Source: an uncultured Acidobacteriota bacterium (GTDB taxonomy: Bacteria > Acidobacteriota > Thermoanaerobaculia > UBA5066). From it: 64,000 nt of DNA. Position numbers and translations under genes: made by a program. The stretch lies in assembly GCA_963779415.1 (NCBI GenBank), contig CAVZYA010000002.1, positions 96,001-160,000 on the forward strand, written 5' to 3'. The notes beneath the pieces were generated by a model. The model had not been told where the DNA came from. It saw nothing but the letters and a program-made list of their open reading frames with translations, and did not search any database. This document shows positions 18,380 through 26,990 of this stretch, in pieces (position 1 is the stretch's first letter; every line of letters starts with the position of its first letter).

Positions 18380-20005
18380 ATGGCTCTTGTCGATCTCCAC
18401 CTCCTCGACGGCGAGGCGCCGGTCGGCGTCGATCCCGACCGCGTCATCACATGGCCGGCGCGGGTCCTCCTGCTTCTCCTGCTCGCTCTGACCGCTCTCT
18501 ACGGCCTTCGTCTCTTCCTCCTTCCGCTTCCGGTCGGGGCCATCGCCCCTCCGGCGGAGTTCTCCGCATCCCGTGCGGCCCGCCAGGTGGAGGCCATCGC
18601 CGCCGCACCGGCCGGCATCGAGTCCACCCTCGCCTCCTCCCTCGCATCCCTCGGCCTCGAGGTCGAGCCCGTGCCGGCGCAAAGCCGCGGCGTCGCGGCC
18701 CGCCTCCGGGGGACGCGGCCGTACGGGACGATCCTCCTCGTCACCCCGTACGACCCTGCGGGATCGGCCCCGGGTCTTTCGGGCGCCGCCACGATGCTTG
18801 AGGCCTTTCGGGCGCTCGCGACCGGGCCGAAGCCGAAGAACGACATCCTCGTTCTCTTCTCCGCGACCCGCCCGCTCGACGAAGCGGTCCTCGCGGCATT
18901 CGACGCCGCTTTGGTCCTTCGCTTCGAGCGGATCTCCGACCGCGGCCCTGTCGCTCTTCTCGCCACGACGGCCGGAAGCGGCCGCCTCGTCCGCGAGGCG
19001 CTTCGCGGTCTTCCCCATCCGACCGTGACTCTCGCCGCGAACGATCTCGGGCTTCGTCCCGTCTCGCGGGCGGCGACCCTTTGCTTCGCCGCGATCGGCG
19101 GGCCGTCGACCGTTGCCGCCGGGCCGGATCTCCGGACGATCCAGGATGCCGGCGAGACGGCGCTGGATCTCCTCCGCCGCTTCGGCTCTCAATCGCTCCC
19201 CGTCCCCCCCGGGCCCGACGTCGTCGCCTTCACCGTCGGGCAGGATCAGGTCGTCACGTACCCCGCCAGATGGTCCCGGAGCCTCGGCCTCCTGACCGCC
19301 GCAGCCGCGGTCGTCCTCCTCGCGATCGGCTTCCTCCAAAAGAAGCTCGATCTCCGCCTCTTCGCGACGGGCCTTCTTTTCCATCCGCTCGTCGCCTTCG
19401 TGGCGTGGGCGGCGGCTTTCTTCTTCCTCTCCCTTCTCTTCCGGTTGAATCCCGGAGGCCGTCTTCTCCCGTGGGGAGCGCTGCACGCGGAGTGGTTCGC
19501 GGGTGCCGTTCTCGCCTTGTCGGTCGCGCTCGCGGCTCTCCTCGTGACCCTGCTTCGCGGGTGGCGAAAGAGACCGACGGCCGATCCGGAGCTTGCCGCG
19601 GCAGGCCTTGCCTGGTGGGCCCTCTTCGCCCTCGTGGCGGGGCTCCGTTATCCCGATCTCGCGCTGATCGTCGCCGTGACGCCCCTTCTCCTCATCCCGG
19701 CCTTCCTCGTTCTCTTCTTCACGGAGAATGTCTCACGGCATCCGTGGCTCGGGGGGACGGCCCTCGCCCTCGCCGGCGTCCCGACCGTACTTCTTCTGGC
19801 GCCCGCCTGCCGTCTCCTCGACGTCGTCGCCGGATGGATGGCCCCGGCGCCGCGCCTCTCCGTCGCCGCCGTCTCCGCGGGGCTTTCCGCCCTCGTCGTC
19901 GCGCTCTTTCTCCCGCATCTCTCGCTCCCGCGGAGACGATGGCTCTTCCCGGCGTTCTTCCTCGTCGTGGCGGCCGGGCTCCTCGTGGCGGGCGTCCGCT
20001 TCTAG
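18380..20005 (+). CDS. Multi-pass membrane protein resembling a degenerate M28 (ERMP1/Pff1-like) peptidase
   Basis: EFSASRAARQV, ILLVTPYD, PKNDILVLFS and IQDAGE, followed by about 8 TM segments; metal ligands are missing. Confidence 0.6.
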   Translation: MALVDLHLLDGEAPVGVDPDRVITWPARVLLLLLLALTALYGLRLFLLPLPVGAIAPPAEFSASRAARQVEAIAAAPAGIESTLASSLASLGLEVEPVPAQSRGVAARLRGTRPYGTILLVTPYDPAGSAPGLSGAATMLEAFRALATGPKPKNDILVLFSATRPLDEAVLAAFDAALVLRFERISDRGPVALLATTAGSGRLVREALRGLPHPTVTLAANDLGLRPVSRAATLCFAAIGGPSTVAAGPDLRTIQDAGETALDLLRRFGSQSLPVPPGPDVVAFTVGQDQVVTYPARWSRSLGLLTAAAAVVLLAIGFLQKKLDLRLFATGLLFHPLVAFVAWAAAFFFLSLLFRLNPGGRLLPWGALHAEWFAGAVLALSVALAALLVTLLRGWRKRPTADPELAAAGLAWWALFALVAGLRYPDLALIVAVTPLLLIPAFLVLFFTENVSRHPWLGGTALALAGVPTVLLLAPACRLLDVVAGWMAPAPRLSVAAVSAGLSALVVALFLPHLSLPRRRWLFPAFFLVVAAGLLVAGVRF

Positions 20006-21427
20006 CCCTTGACGCAGGCAATCGGACGGAGACGGGCCACGCGTGTCGAAAGGCCCGCCTCCTCGGCCACGCGCGCCACTTCCTCGACATCCTTGTAGGC
20101 CCCCGGAGCCTCCTCCGCCGCTCCCGGGGCCGAGTGGGCCTTGATGAGGATGCCGCGCGAGCCGAGCTCCTCGATCAACGCGCCGCCTCGCCACGTCCGC
20201 CTGGCCTGCGTCCGGCTCATCTGCCGTCCCGCGCCGTGGCACGACGAGGCGAACGAGCGCTCCTCTCCCGACTCCGTCCCGGCGAGGATGAAGGAGTACG
20301 TCCCCATCGTCCCGCCGACGAGAACGGGCTGGCCCGCCGCCCGGTAACGATCCGGAAGCTCCGGATGCCCCGGACCGAACGCCCGCGTCGCCCCCTTCCG
20401 GTGAACGAAGAGGCGGCGCGGCTTTCCGTCCACGCGGTGCATCTCCTCCTTGCAGGTGTTGTGGGAGACGTCGTAGAGGAGCGATAGCCGCGCCTCCGGG
20501 AGGCGGCGCGCGAAAACCTCGCGGACGAGATGCCCGATGACCTGCCGGTTCGCGAGCGCGCAGTTGATCGCCGCGCGCATCGCACCGAGGTAGTCCTGCC
20601 CCTCGACTGAGCGGAGGGGTGCCGACGCCAGCTCGCGGTCCGGCAGGACGAGGCCGTACCGCGGGGCCGCCTCGCAGCAGGACCTTCAGATAGTCCGTTC
20701 CGATCTGGTGGCCGAGCCCCCGCGACCCGCAGTGGATCGTGACGAGAAGATCTCCTTGTGCGAGGCCGAATGCGCCGGCCGCGGCGAGATCGAAGACGCG
20801 GTCGACGACCTGAAGCTCGAGGTAGTGATTCCCGGAGCCGAGCGTCCCGATCTCCCCGAGCTGCCTCTCCTTGGCCCGGTCGCTCACTTTCGTCGGATCG
20901 GCGCCGCGCACCCGCCCGTGCTCTTCGACGAAAGCCAGCTCCTCCGTCTCGCCGAACCCTTCCCGGACGGCCCAGGCCGCGCCGTGGACGAGCACCTCGT
21001 CCAGCTCCTTCTTCGAGAGGCGGAGAGCTCCTTCCGAGCCGACGCCGGCCGGGACCGATCGGTAGAGGTCGTCGGCGAGCGGCTCCAGACGGTCGCCGAG
21101 GTCGGAGGCCCCCACTCCCGTCCGGTAGGTCCGGACCCCGCATGAGATGTCGAAGCCGACCCCCCCGGCCGAGACGATCCCGCCGTCGTCCGGGTCGAAC
21201 GCGGCGACGCCGCCGATCGGAAACCCGTAGCCCCAGTGGGCGTCGGGCATGGCATACGCCGCGCCGACGATCCCCGGGAGCGACGCGACGCCGGCGAGTT
21301 GCTCGCTCACCTTCGCGTCGAGCCCCTCGACGAGGCGCCGGCTCGCGTAGAGAACGCCCGGGACCCGCATCCCGCCCTTCTTCGGAAGCTCCCAGACTGT
21401 CGGCGAAACCTCGCGCAGCATCTCCAT
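20002..21427 (-). CDS. rtcB: RtcB RNA ligase, archaeal/eukaryote-like type (frameshift near 20675)
   Basis: MPDAHWGYGFPIGGV, GFDISCG, GTLGSGNHYLE and HCGSRG in one frame; DVSHN, HRKGATRA, SSCHGAGR and EEAPGAYK in frame 20002..20580. Confidence 0.93.
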
Positions 21428-21431
21428 CGCC

Positions 21432-21908
21432 TCAGACGTCGACGACGCACTGGGCCACCCAGCCGCCGTTCTCCCGCGCGACCCGAAGGGCCGTGAGCGT
21501 CGCCCCTTTCGGCTCGACCGTGCTCTCGTGCCGCTTCGCGTCGTAGCGCTCCCCCGCTCCCCGCGCCGCGAGGCGAACCGGGGCTCCGTCCGGCGCCTCG
21601 ATCCGGACGTCGAGACGGGCGAAGAGAAACCGTCGCGTCGCGAAGAGGTAGATCAGCTCGTCGAGGAAGGCGACGAGGAGCCGCTCGAGATCGGGTGCTT
21701 CGCACGCCATCTCGGCTTCCGTTTCGGGCCGGACCGAGGCGGGGTCCCACGCCCAGAGCCGGGAGAGAGCGGCGGCCGCCCCGGCGAACGCCTCCTCCGG
21801 AGTTCCCCCCCGTCCCCGGATGCCGACGTCGGCGCCATGCTCGAACTGCTCGGCGAGGGGCTTTTCCGCGTTCCTCTCCACGACGGTCGAATAGTACGCA
21901 TGCACCAT
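21432..21908 (-). CDS. Archease (RtcB cofactor)
   Basis: FEHGADVGI, FLDELIYLF, EPKGAT and C-terminal VVDV; 4 nt upstream of rtcB. True start may be internal. Confidence 0.92.
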   Translation of the reverse strand: MVHAYYSTVVERNAEKPLAEQFEHGADVGIRGRGGTPEEAFAGAAAALSRLWAWDPASVRPETEAEMACEAPDLERLLVAFLDELIYLFATRRFLFARLDVRIEAPDGAPVRLAARGAGERYDAKRHESTVEPKGATLTALRVARENGGWVAQCVVDV

Positions 21909-21946
21909 AGCAATGCCGGGGGCTCTCCCTCAGATTGAACGTGGCG

Positions 21947-22030
21947 CCGGACCCTCTCCCCCCAAATTCCGGTGTCGCCGGGCAACCTCAAGGGGCGCCT
22001 CGGAATGGAGGGTCCGGGCCTTTTTCTTTT
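21947..22030 (+). terminator. Long stem-loop followed by a T-tract (terminator or sRNA 3' end)
   Basis: CCGGACCCTC (21947-21956) pairs with GAGGGTCCGG (22008-22017), with an inner TTCCG/CGGAA stem, followed by TTTTTCTTTT. Confidence 0.55.
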
Positions 22031-22932
22031 CATCCCGTCCGGACCGTCAGGACGGGACAGGGTGCCGTCCGGACGAGGTGGTGCGCCGTGGAGCCGAAGA
22101 GAAGAAGGTCCGTGGCGCTCCTCCCCTGCACGCCGAGGACGACGAGGTCGGCCGCCATCTCGTGTACCAGGTGAAGAATCCGCCGCCACGGCTTGCCGAC
22201 GAGAATCCGGATCTCCACGGGTCGTCCCCGGCCTCGCGCCGCGACGAGCGCCTTGAGCCGGACCCGGGCCTCCTTCTCGAGGAGTCGCCGGTACTCCGGT
22301 ACGTTGAAGTGAATCATCTCGGGCGCCTCGGCCTCGGGCACTTCGCCGACGACGTGAAGAGCGGTCACGGCCCCTCCGGACGCCTCCGCGAAGTCGAGCG
22401 CCGTGTCGAACCCCGCCTCGGAAGAGCGCGAGAAGTCGATCGCCGCGACGATCCGGCCGAAGGGGATCGCGGCGGCCGGGCTCTCCTCCGGCTCGCGGGG
22501 AACGGTCAGGACGGGACAAGGTGCCTTGCGGAGCACCTTCTCGGCGACGGAACCGAGAACGAGATTTTCGAATCCGCTGTGGCCGTGAGTTCCGATGACG
22601 ACGAGGGAGTCGGGAATCCGGCGCGCCTCTTCGAGAATCGCCGCGACGGGTTCTCCTTCGGAGACGAGCGACCGGACCGGGATCCCGGCCGAGGTTGCCG
22701 GCTCCGTGAAGCGGAGGAGCCGCTCCCGGATCTTCTCCATCGCCGCCGGGTCGCTCCCAACGGGGACCCAGGCGGGCGGCGTCTCCCGAAGGGGGGCGAG
22801 AGGGCCCGCAAGGACGAAGAGACAGGTCAGATCGGCACCCGACCACCTCGCGAGGAGAGTGGCGAAACGGAGGGAGCGCTCCGAAAAGGTGGAGAAATCG
22901 GTCGGGCAGAGAATGTGTCGGATCCGCAGCAT
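22030..22932 (-). CDS. Tandem-domain universal stress protein
   Basis: ILCPTDFS, GTHGHSG..LGSVAEKVLRKAPCPVL; second domain AAIDFS...FGSTAHHLVRTAPCPVL. Confidence 0.93.
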   Translation of the reverse strand: MLRIRHILCPTDFSTFSERSLRFATLLARWSGADLTCLFVLAGPLAPLRETPPAWVPVGSDPAAMEKIRERLLRFTEPATSAGIPVRSLVSEGEPVAAILEEARRIPDSLVVIGTHGHSGFENLVLGSVAEKVLRKAPCPVLTVPREPEESPAAAIPFGRIVAAIDFSRSSEAGFDTALDFAEASGGAVTALHVVGEVPEAEAPEMIHFNVPEYRRLLEKEARVRLKALVAARGRGRPVEIRILVGKPWRRILHLVHEMAADLVVLGVQGRSATDLLLFGSTAHHLVRTAPCPVLTVRTG

Positions 22933-23121
22933 GGCCACCTCCGGTCGGGCGGCACGCCACTCCCGAGGCGGCTCCTCGCCGCTCGTCCCACGCCAAGATC
23001 GGACCCGACACGCCCCGCGCGCCATGATGCAAACGGCTCCCGATGACGCGCGCGCATCATGAAATCGCACCGCTTCGGCCCTACTCTTTGCCCGACGGAG
23101 TCCGGCTCCGGGGAGGCGAGG

Positions 23122-23556
23122 ATGAAAGTCCGGGACATCATGCGTACGAACGTCGAGACGGTCGACCAGGAGGAATGTGCCGAGGTCGCCTACAACCGGA
23201 TGCGGGTCCGGCGGATCCGGCACCTCATCGTGGTCTCCGAAGCCGGAATCGTGGGGGTCCTTTCCGAGCGTGATCTCGGAGGAAAGGACCGTGAGGCGAT
23301 GCGCCTGTCGCACAAGGTCCTGAACTTCATGACGCCCTACGCGGTGAAGGCGAGGCCCGGAATGCTCCTGCGGCGGGCGGCCCGACTGATGCGTGGATGG
23401 AACATCGGTTGCCTCCCGGTCGTCGACCGCGGGCGGCTCGTCGGCATCGTGACGGTCTCGGACCTTCTCGATCTCCTGGCCAAGGGGGGGGACCGGACGC
23501 CGGCCCGAACGGTCCGCCGGCCGGCGTCCCGGACGAAACGGGCAGCGACCCGCTGA
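23122..23556 (+). CDS. CBS-pair domain protein
   Basis: MKVRDIM, IRHLIVV, GVLSERDL and IGCLPVVDRGRLVGIVTVSDL. Confidence 0.88.
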   Translation: MKVRDIMRTNVETVDQEECAEVAYNRMRVRRIRHLIVVSEAGIVGVLSERDLGGKDREAMRLSHKVLNFMTPYAVKARPGMLLRRAARLMRGWNIGCLPVVDRGRLVGIVTVSDLLDLLAKGGDRTPARTVRRPASRTKRAATR

Positions 23557-23595
23557 AGAGAGAGGTCGCCGCGGAGGCCGGAACCAAGTCCGTGC

Positions 23596-24606
23596 CTAGA
23601 TGACCGTGGTGTCCTGCCAGCCCTGGAGGAGGTGCATCGAGGAGGCGAAGCTGAAGGCGTTCGCGTCCGGCAGCCGCTCCAGGCTCATGCAGCCGCGCAC
23701 CTCGTCGAGCGAGGCGTGGCCGTGGCTCTCGAGCCACCTCTCCATCTCGTCGCGGACCGACTTCAGGTGATCCGGCCCGTTTTGCAGGAGGGCCGAGACC
23801 ATCTGCACCGTGTCGGCGCCCGCGAAGAGAGCCTTCAGGACGTCATGGGCGGTGTGAACGCCGCCGGTCGCCGAGAGCGACAGCTGGAGGCGCCCGGCCA
23901 GCATCGCGATCCAGTGGAGGCGTGGCAGCAGCTCCGCGCTGCTCGAAAGCCTCATCTCCGGTCGGACGGTCCGGGACTCGAGGTCGATCTCCGGCTGATA
24001 GGTCCGGTTGAAGAGGACGAGGCCGGAGACTCCCATCTCGTCGAGCTGCCGGGCGAAGCAGACGATCGACGAGAAGAACGGGTAGATCTTCACGGCGACG
24101 GGGATCGAGACCGAGAGCTTGACGGCCCGGATCATGTCGAGCGTCTGAGCCTCGATCGCAGAGCCGAGGGTCCAGAGGTTCGACGAGACGTGGTAGATGT
24201 TCAGCTCCAGGGCGTCGGCGCCTGCGTCCTGGATGAGACGGGCGAAGCCGGTCCAGCCGATGTCGGTCGTCCCGTTGAGCGACGCGATGACGGGGATCCC
24301 GACGGCTTCCCGGATTCGCCTGATCCGCTCGAGATAGGCGGCCGGCGACTGCTCCGGATGGACGGGGCCGCCCCGCCGCGCCGCCTCGTCGCGCCGCACC
24401 TGCTCCTCGAAGAGCGAGCGGAGGATGACCGCCGGGGCGCCGGCGTCCTCCAGCGCCCGAACCGTGTCGAGGTCCCACGTGAGGGGGGACGCTCCCGGCA
24501 CGATCGGACTGGCGAGCTTCAGACCGAGATAGCTCGTGGAGAGATCCACGTCGTGCAACCTGCCGGAGGGGCGCCGGGGCCGTCCATGATTCATCTGTTT
24601 CACCAC
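23596..24606 (-). CDS. Dihydroorotate dehydrogenase-like flavoprotein
   Basis: DLSTSYLGLKLASP, SLFEEQ, IASLNG, ELNIY, LFNR and ATGGVH; the catalytic Cys/Ser of true DHOD is replaced by Tyr. Confidence 0.88.
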   Translation of the reverse strand: MVKQMNHGRPRRPSGRLHDVDLSTSYLGLKLASPIVPGASPLTWDLDTVRALEDAGAPAVILRSLFEEQVRRDEAARRGGPVHPEQSPAAYLERIRRIREAVGIPVIASLNGTTDIGWTGFARLIQDAGADALELNIYHVSSNLWTLGSAIEAQTLDMIRAVKLSVSIPVAVKIYPFFSSIVCFARQLDEMGVSGLVLFNRTYQPEIDLESRTVRPEMRLSSSAELLPRLHWIAMLAGRLQLSLSATGGVHTAHDVLKALFAGADTVQMVSALLQNGPDHLKSVRDEMERWLESHGHASLDEVRGCMSLERLPDANAFSFASSMHLLQGWQDTTVI

Positions 24607-24770
24607 GGGAGGACCGGGCGCACTGCTGATTCATCGGGCTCAGGCCCCGGGGGGCGAAAAGTCCTAGGTTGAAGGAGAGACCGGCTCCCTTTCGACCCGG
24701 GCCTCCGAAGACGCCTCTCGCCGCCTCACCCTCCCGCCCAACGCGAAAGGCGCCCTCGGGGAGTCCCTCC

Positions 24771-24802
24771 GTGGCGCACGGCGGCTCGCCGCCGTGCGCC
24801 AC
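24771..24802. repeat. Perfect 14-bp inverted repeat in the rhlE leader
   Basis: GTGGCGCACGGCGG-CTCG-CCGCCGTGCGCCAC. Confidence 0.8.
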
Positions 24803-24914
24803 ACCTTTCCGGCGCGCCGGACCCGGCTGGACGATTGGCCGGATCCGTGAGACTCTGCATCGTTCCGGCGCGGCGCGCCCGACGCGCCCCGGAGCAGAAA
24901 GTGACCCCTGCTCA

Positions 24915-26528
24915 ATGGCCTTCTCCTCGTTCGGACTCCACCCCGACCTTCTTCGCGGCGTGAAGGAGCTCGGTTTCACCCGCCCCACGCCGATCCAGAC
25001 CGACTCCATTCCCCCGGCGATGGAGGGACGTGACGTCCTCGCCTGCGCGATGACGGGGAGCGGAAAGACGGCCGCGTTCGTCCTTCCGATCCTCCACCGC
25101 CTCATGTCGAAGCCGCGGCGGACGACGCGCGCCCTCATCCTGACGCCGACACGCGAGCTGGCCGCCCAGATCGAGGAGCACCTCGGGCAGCTCGCCGTCC
25201 ACACGCCCCTCACCGGCGCGGCCGTCTTCGGCGGCGTCGGGATGGGGCCGCAGGAGCACGCCTTCCGGAGCGGCGTCGACGTCATCGTGGCGACCCCCGG
25301 CCGTCTCCTCGACCACTTCCGCTTCCCCTACGCGAAGCTCGCCGGGCTCGAGATCCTCGTCCTCGACGAGGCGGACCGGATGCTCGACATGGGGTTTCTC
25401 CCCGACATCCGCCGCGTCCTGAAGCACCTTCCCGAGAGGCGCCAGACCCTCTTCTTTTCGGCCACGATTCCGCCGCCGATCGCCCTGCTCTCCCGGGAGA
25501 TGCTGAAGAACCCGGTTTCGGTCAACATCGAGCGGAAGGCCGTGCCGGCCACCGGAATCACGCAGGCCGTCTATCCCGCCCCGCACGACCGAAAGCCCGA
25601 CCTCCTGATGGCGCTCCTGAGAAAGAGCGGCCTGAAGAGCGTCCTCGTCTTCACCCGGACGAAGCACCGCGCCAATCGCCTCGCCGACAAGCTGACGCGG
25701 TCCGGCTTTCCCTGCGAACGGATTCACGGCAACCGGAGCCAGTCCCAGCGGACTGCCGCCCTCGCCGGCTTCAAGGAGGGGAAAGTCCGGGTTCTCGTCG
25801 CCACCGACATCGCGGCGCGAGGCATCGACGTCGAGGCCCTCTCGCACGTCATCAATTTCGACGTGCCGCACGTCCCCGAGGACTACATTCACCGCGTCGG
25901 CCGGACGGCCCGGGCCGAGCTGACGGGCGACGCGTTCACCTTCGTGGCGCCCGACGAGGAGGCCGACCTTCGGGCCATCGAGAGAGCGATCGGGTTGCGC
26001 CTTCCACGGGTCACGCTCCCGGACTTCGACTACACGGCGCGCTCGACCGAGCGCCTGGAGATTCCGATCCACGAGCGGATCGCCGAGATCCGCGCGCGAA
26101 AGGCAGGCGAAAGGCAGAGGGCGAAGGAGAAAGCCGACCGGAGAGCGCGGGGGGGGACCGGGGGGGGCCGAGGCGCCCCCCCGGCATCCGTCCTCACATC
26201 CGCGACAATTCGGGAATGCCGAGCCTGCTGGACCTGTCGCACACGGTCCTCGCCGGGATGGTCACGTACAAGGGCCTGCCGGGCCCGGTCATCGGAGACC
26301 ACCTCACGCGTGAGGCGTCGCGCCCGCTCTACGCGGGCGGGGCGACGTTCCAGATCGGGAAGATCGAAATGGTGGCGAACACGGGGACGTACGTGGACGC
26401 GCCGTTCCACCGGTGGGAGGACGGCGCGGATCTCTCAGGGCTTCCGCTCGACGTGCTCGCAGGCCGCGAGGGCGTCTGCATCGCGGCGCCGCATGCGCGG
26501 GGGCTCGCGGTGGATGAAGAGTTCTTAG
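24915..26528 (+). CDS. rhlE: DEAD-box RNA helicase (RhlE-like); recognisable sequence ends near 26150 and the ORF reads on over the next gene
   Basis: Q motif, TGSGKT, PTRELA, TPGRL, DEAD, SAT, ARGID and HRVGRTAR. Confidence 0.9.
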   Translation: MAFSSFGLHPDLLRGVKELGFTRPTPIQTDSIPPAMEGRDVLACAMTGSGKTAAFVLPILHRLMSKPRRTTRALILTPTRELAAQIEEHLGQLAVHTPLTGAAVFGGVGMGPQEHAFRSGVDVIVATPGRLLDHFRFPYAKLAGLEILVLDEADRMLDMGFLPDIRRVLKHLPERRQTLFFSATIPPPIALLSREMLKNPVSVNIERKAVPATGITQAVYPAPHDRKPDLLMALLRKSGLKSVLVFTRTKHRANRLADKLTRSGFPCERIHGNRSQSQRTAALAGFKEGKVRVLVATDIAARGIDVEALSHVINFDVPHVPEDYIHRVGRTARAELTGDAFTFVAPDEEADLRAIERAIGLRLPRVTLPDFDYTARSTERLEIPIHERIAEIRARKAGERQRAKEKADRRARGGTGGGRGAPPASVLTSATIRECRACWTCRTRSSPGWSRTRACRARSSETTSRVRRRARSTRAGRRSRSGRSKWWRTRGRTWTRRSTGGRTARISQGFRSTCSQAARASASRRRMRGGSRWMKSS

Positions 26529-26875
26529 AAGGTAAAGAGATCGAGGGCCGGGCCGTCCTTTTCTTCACAGGCTGGTCCGCTTTCTGGGGAACTCCCTCTT
26601 ACTTTCAGCGCTCTTCACATCTGACTTCTTCCGCGGCGTCCTTCCTCGTCGCGCGCGGCGCCGCGATCGTCGGCATCGACTCCCACAACATCGACGACAC
26701 GGAAGACGGGACGCGCCCCGTCCACTCGATCCTCCTCCACGCCGGGATCCCCGTCGTCGAGCACCTCTGTAACCTCGAGGCGCTCCCCGCCTCCGGCTTC
26801 CGGTTCTTCGCCGTTCCCGTGAAGGTCGCGGGGATGGGGACCTTTCCGGTCCGCGCCTTCGCGGAGATTTCCTAG
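26216..26875 (+). CDS. Cyclase family protein (kynurenine formamidase-like)
   Basis: DLSH, NTGTYVDAPFH, GIDS, VEHLCNL and FPVRAFA. Confidence 0.88.
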   Translation: MPSLLDLSHTVLAGMVTYKGLPGPVIGDHLTREASRPLYAGGATFQIGKIEMVANTGTYVDAPFHRWEDGADLSGLPLDVLAGREGVCIAAPHARGLAVDEEFLEGKEIEGRAVLFFTGWSAFWGTPSYFQRSSHLTSSAASFLVARGAAIVGIDSHNIDDTEDGTRPVHSILLHAGIPVVEHLCNLEALPASGFRFFAVPVKVAGMGTFPVRAFAEIS

Positions 26876-26990
26876 ACGACTCCGCCCGGCCGTCCAACTC
26901 CTTGGGGCTCAAGCGTCAAACCCCGCGAAGGACAGGTACGTATCATGTAGCCGGACCGTTTCCCCACCCCGCGACTCGAAGGAGGCGTCC

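Noticed and set aside
23025-23092. Sigma54 promoters for the divergent usp and CBS genes, and the near-palindrome ATGACGCGCGCGCATCAT as an FNR box
   Set aside because: GG-to-GC spacing is 9 and 11 rather than 10, and the palindrome spacing does not fit TTGAT-N4-ATCAA.
18256-24647. Repeated TGATTCATC(GG) words at about 18256, 24587 and 24637
   Set aside because: Too short and too inconsistently placed to call an operator without statistics.
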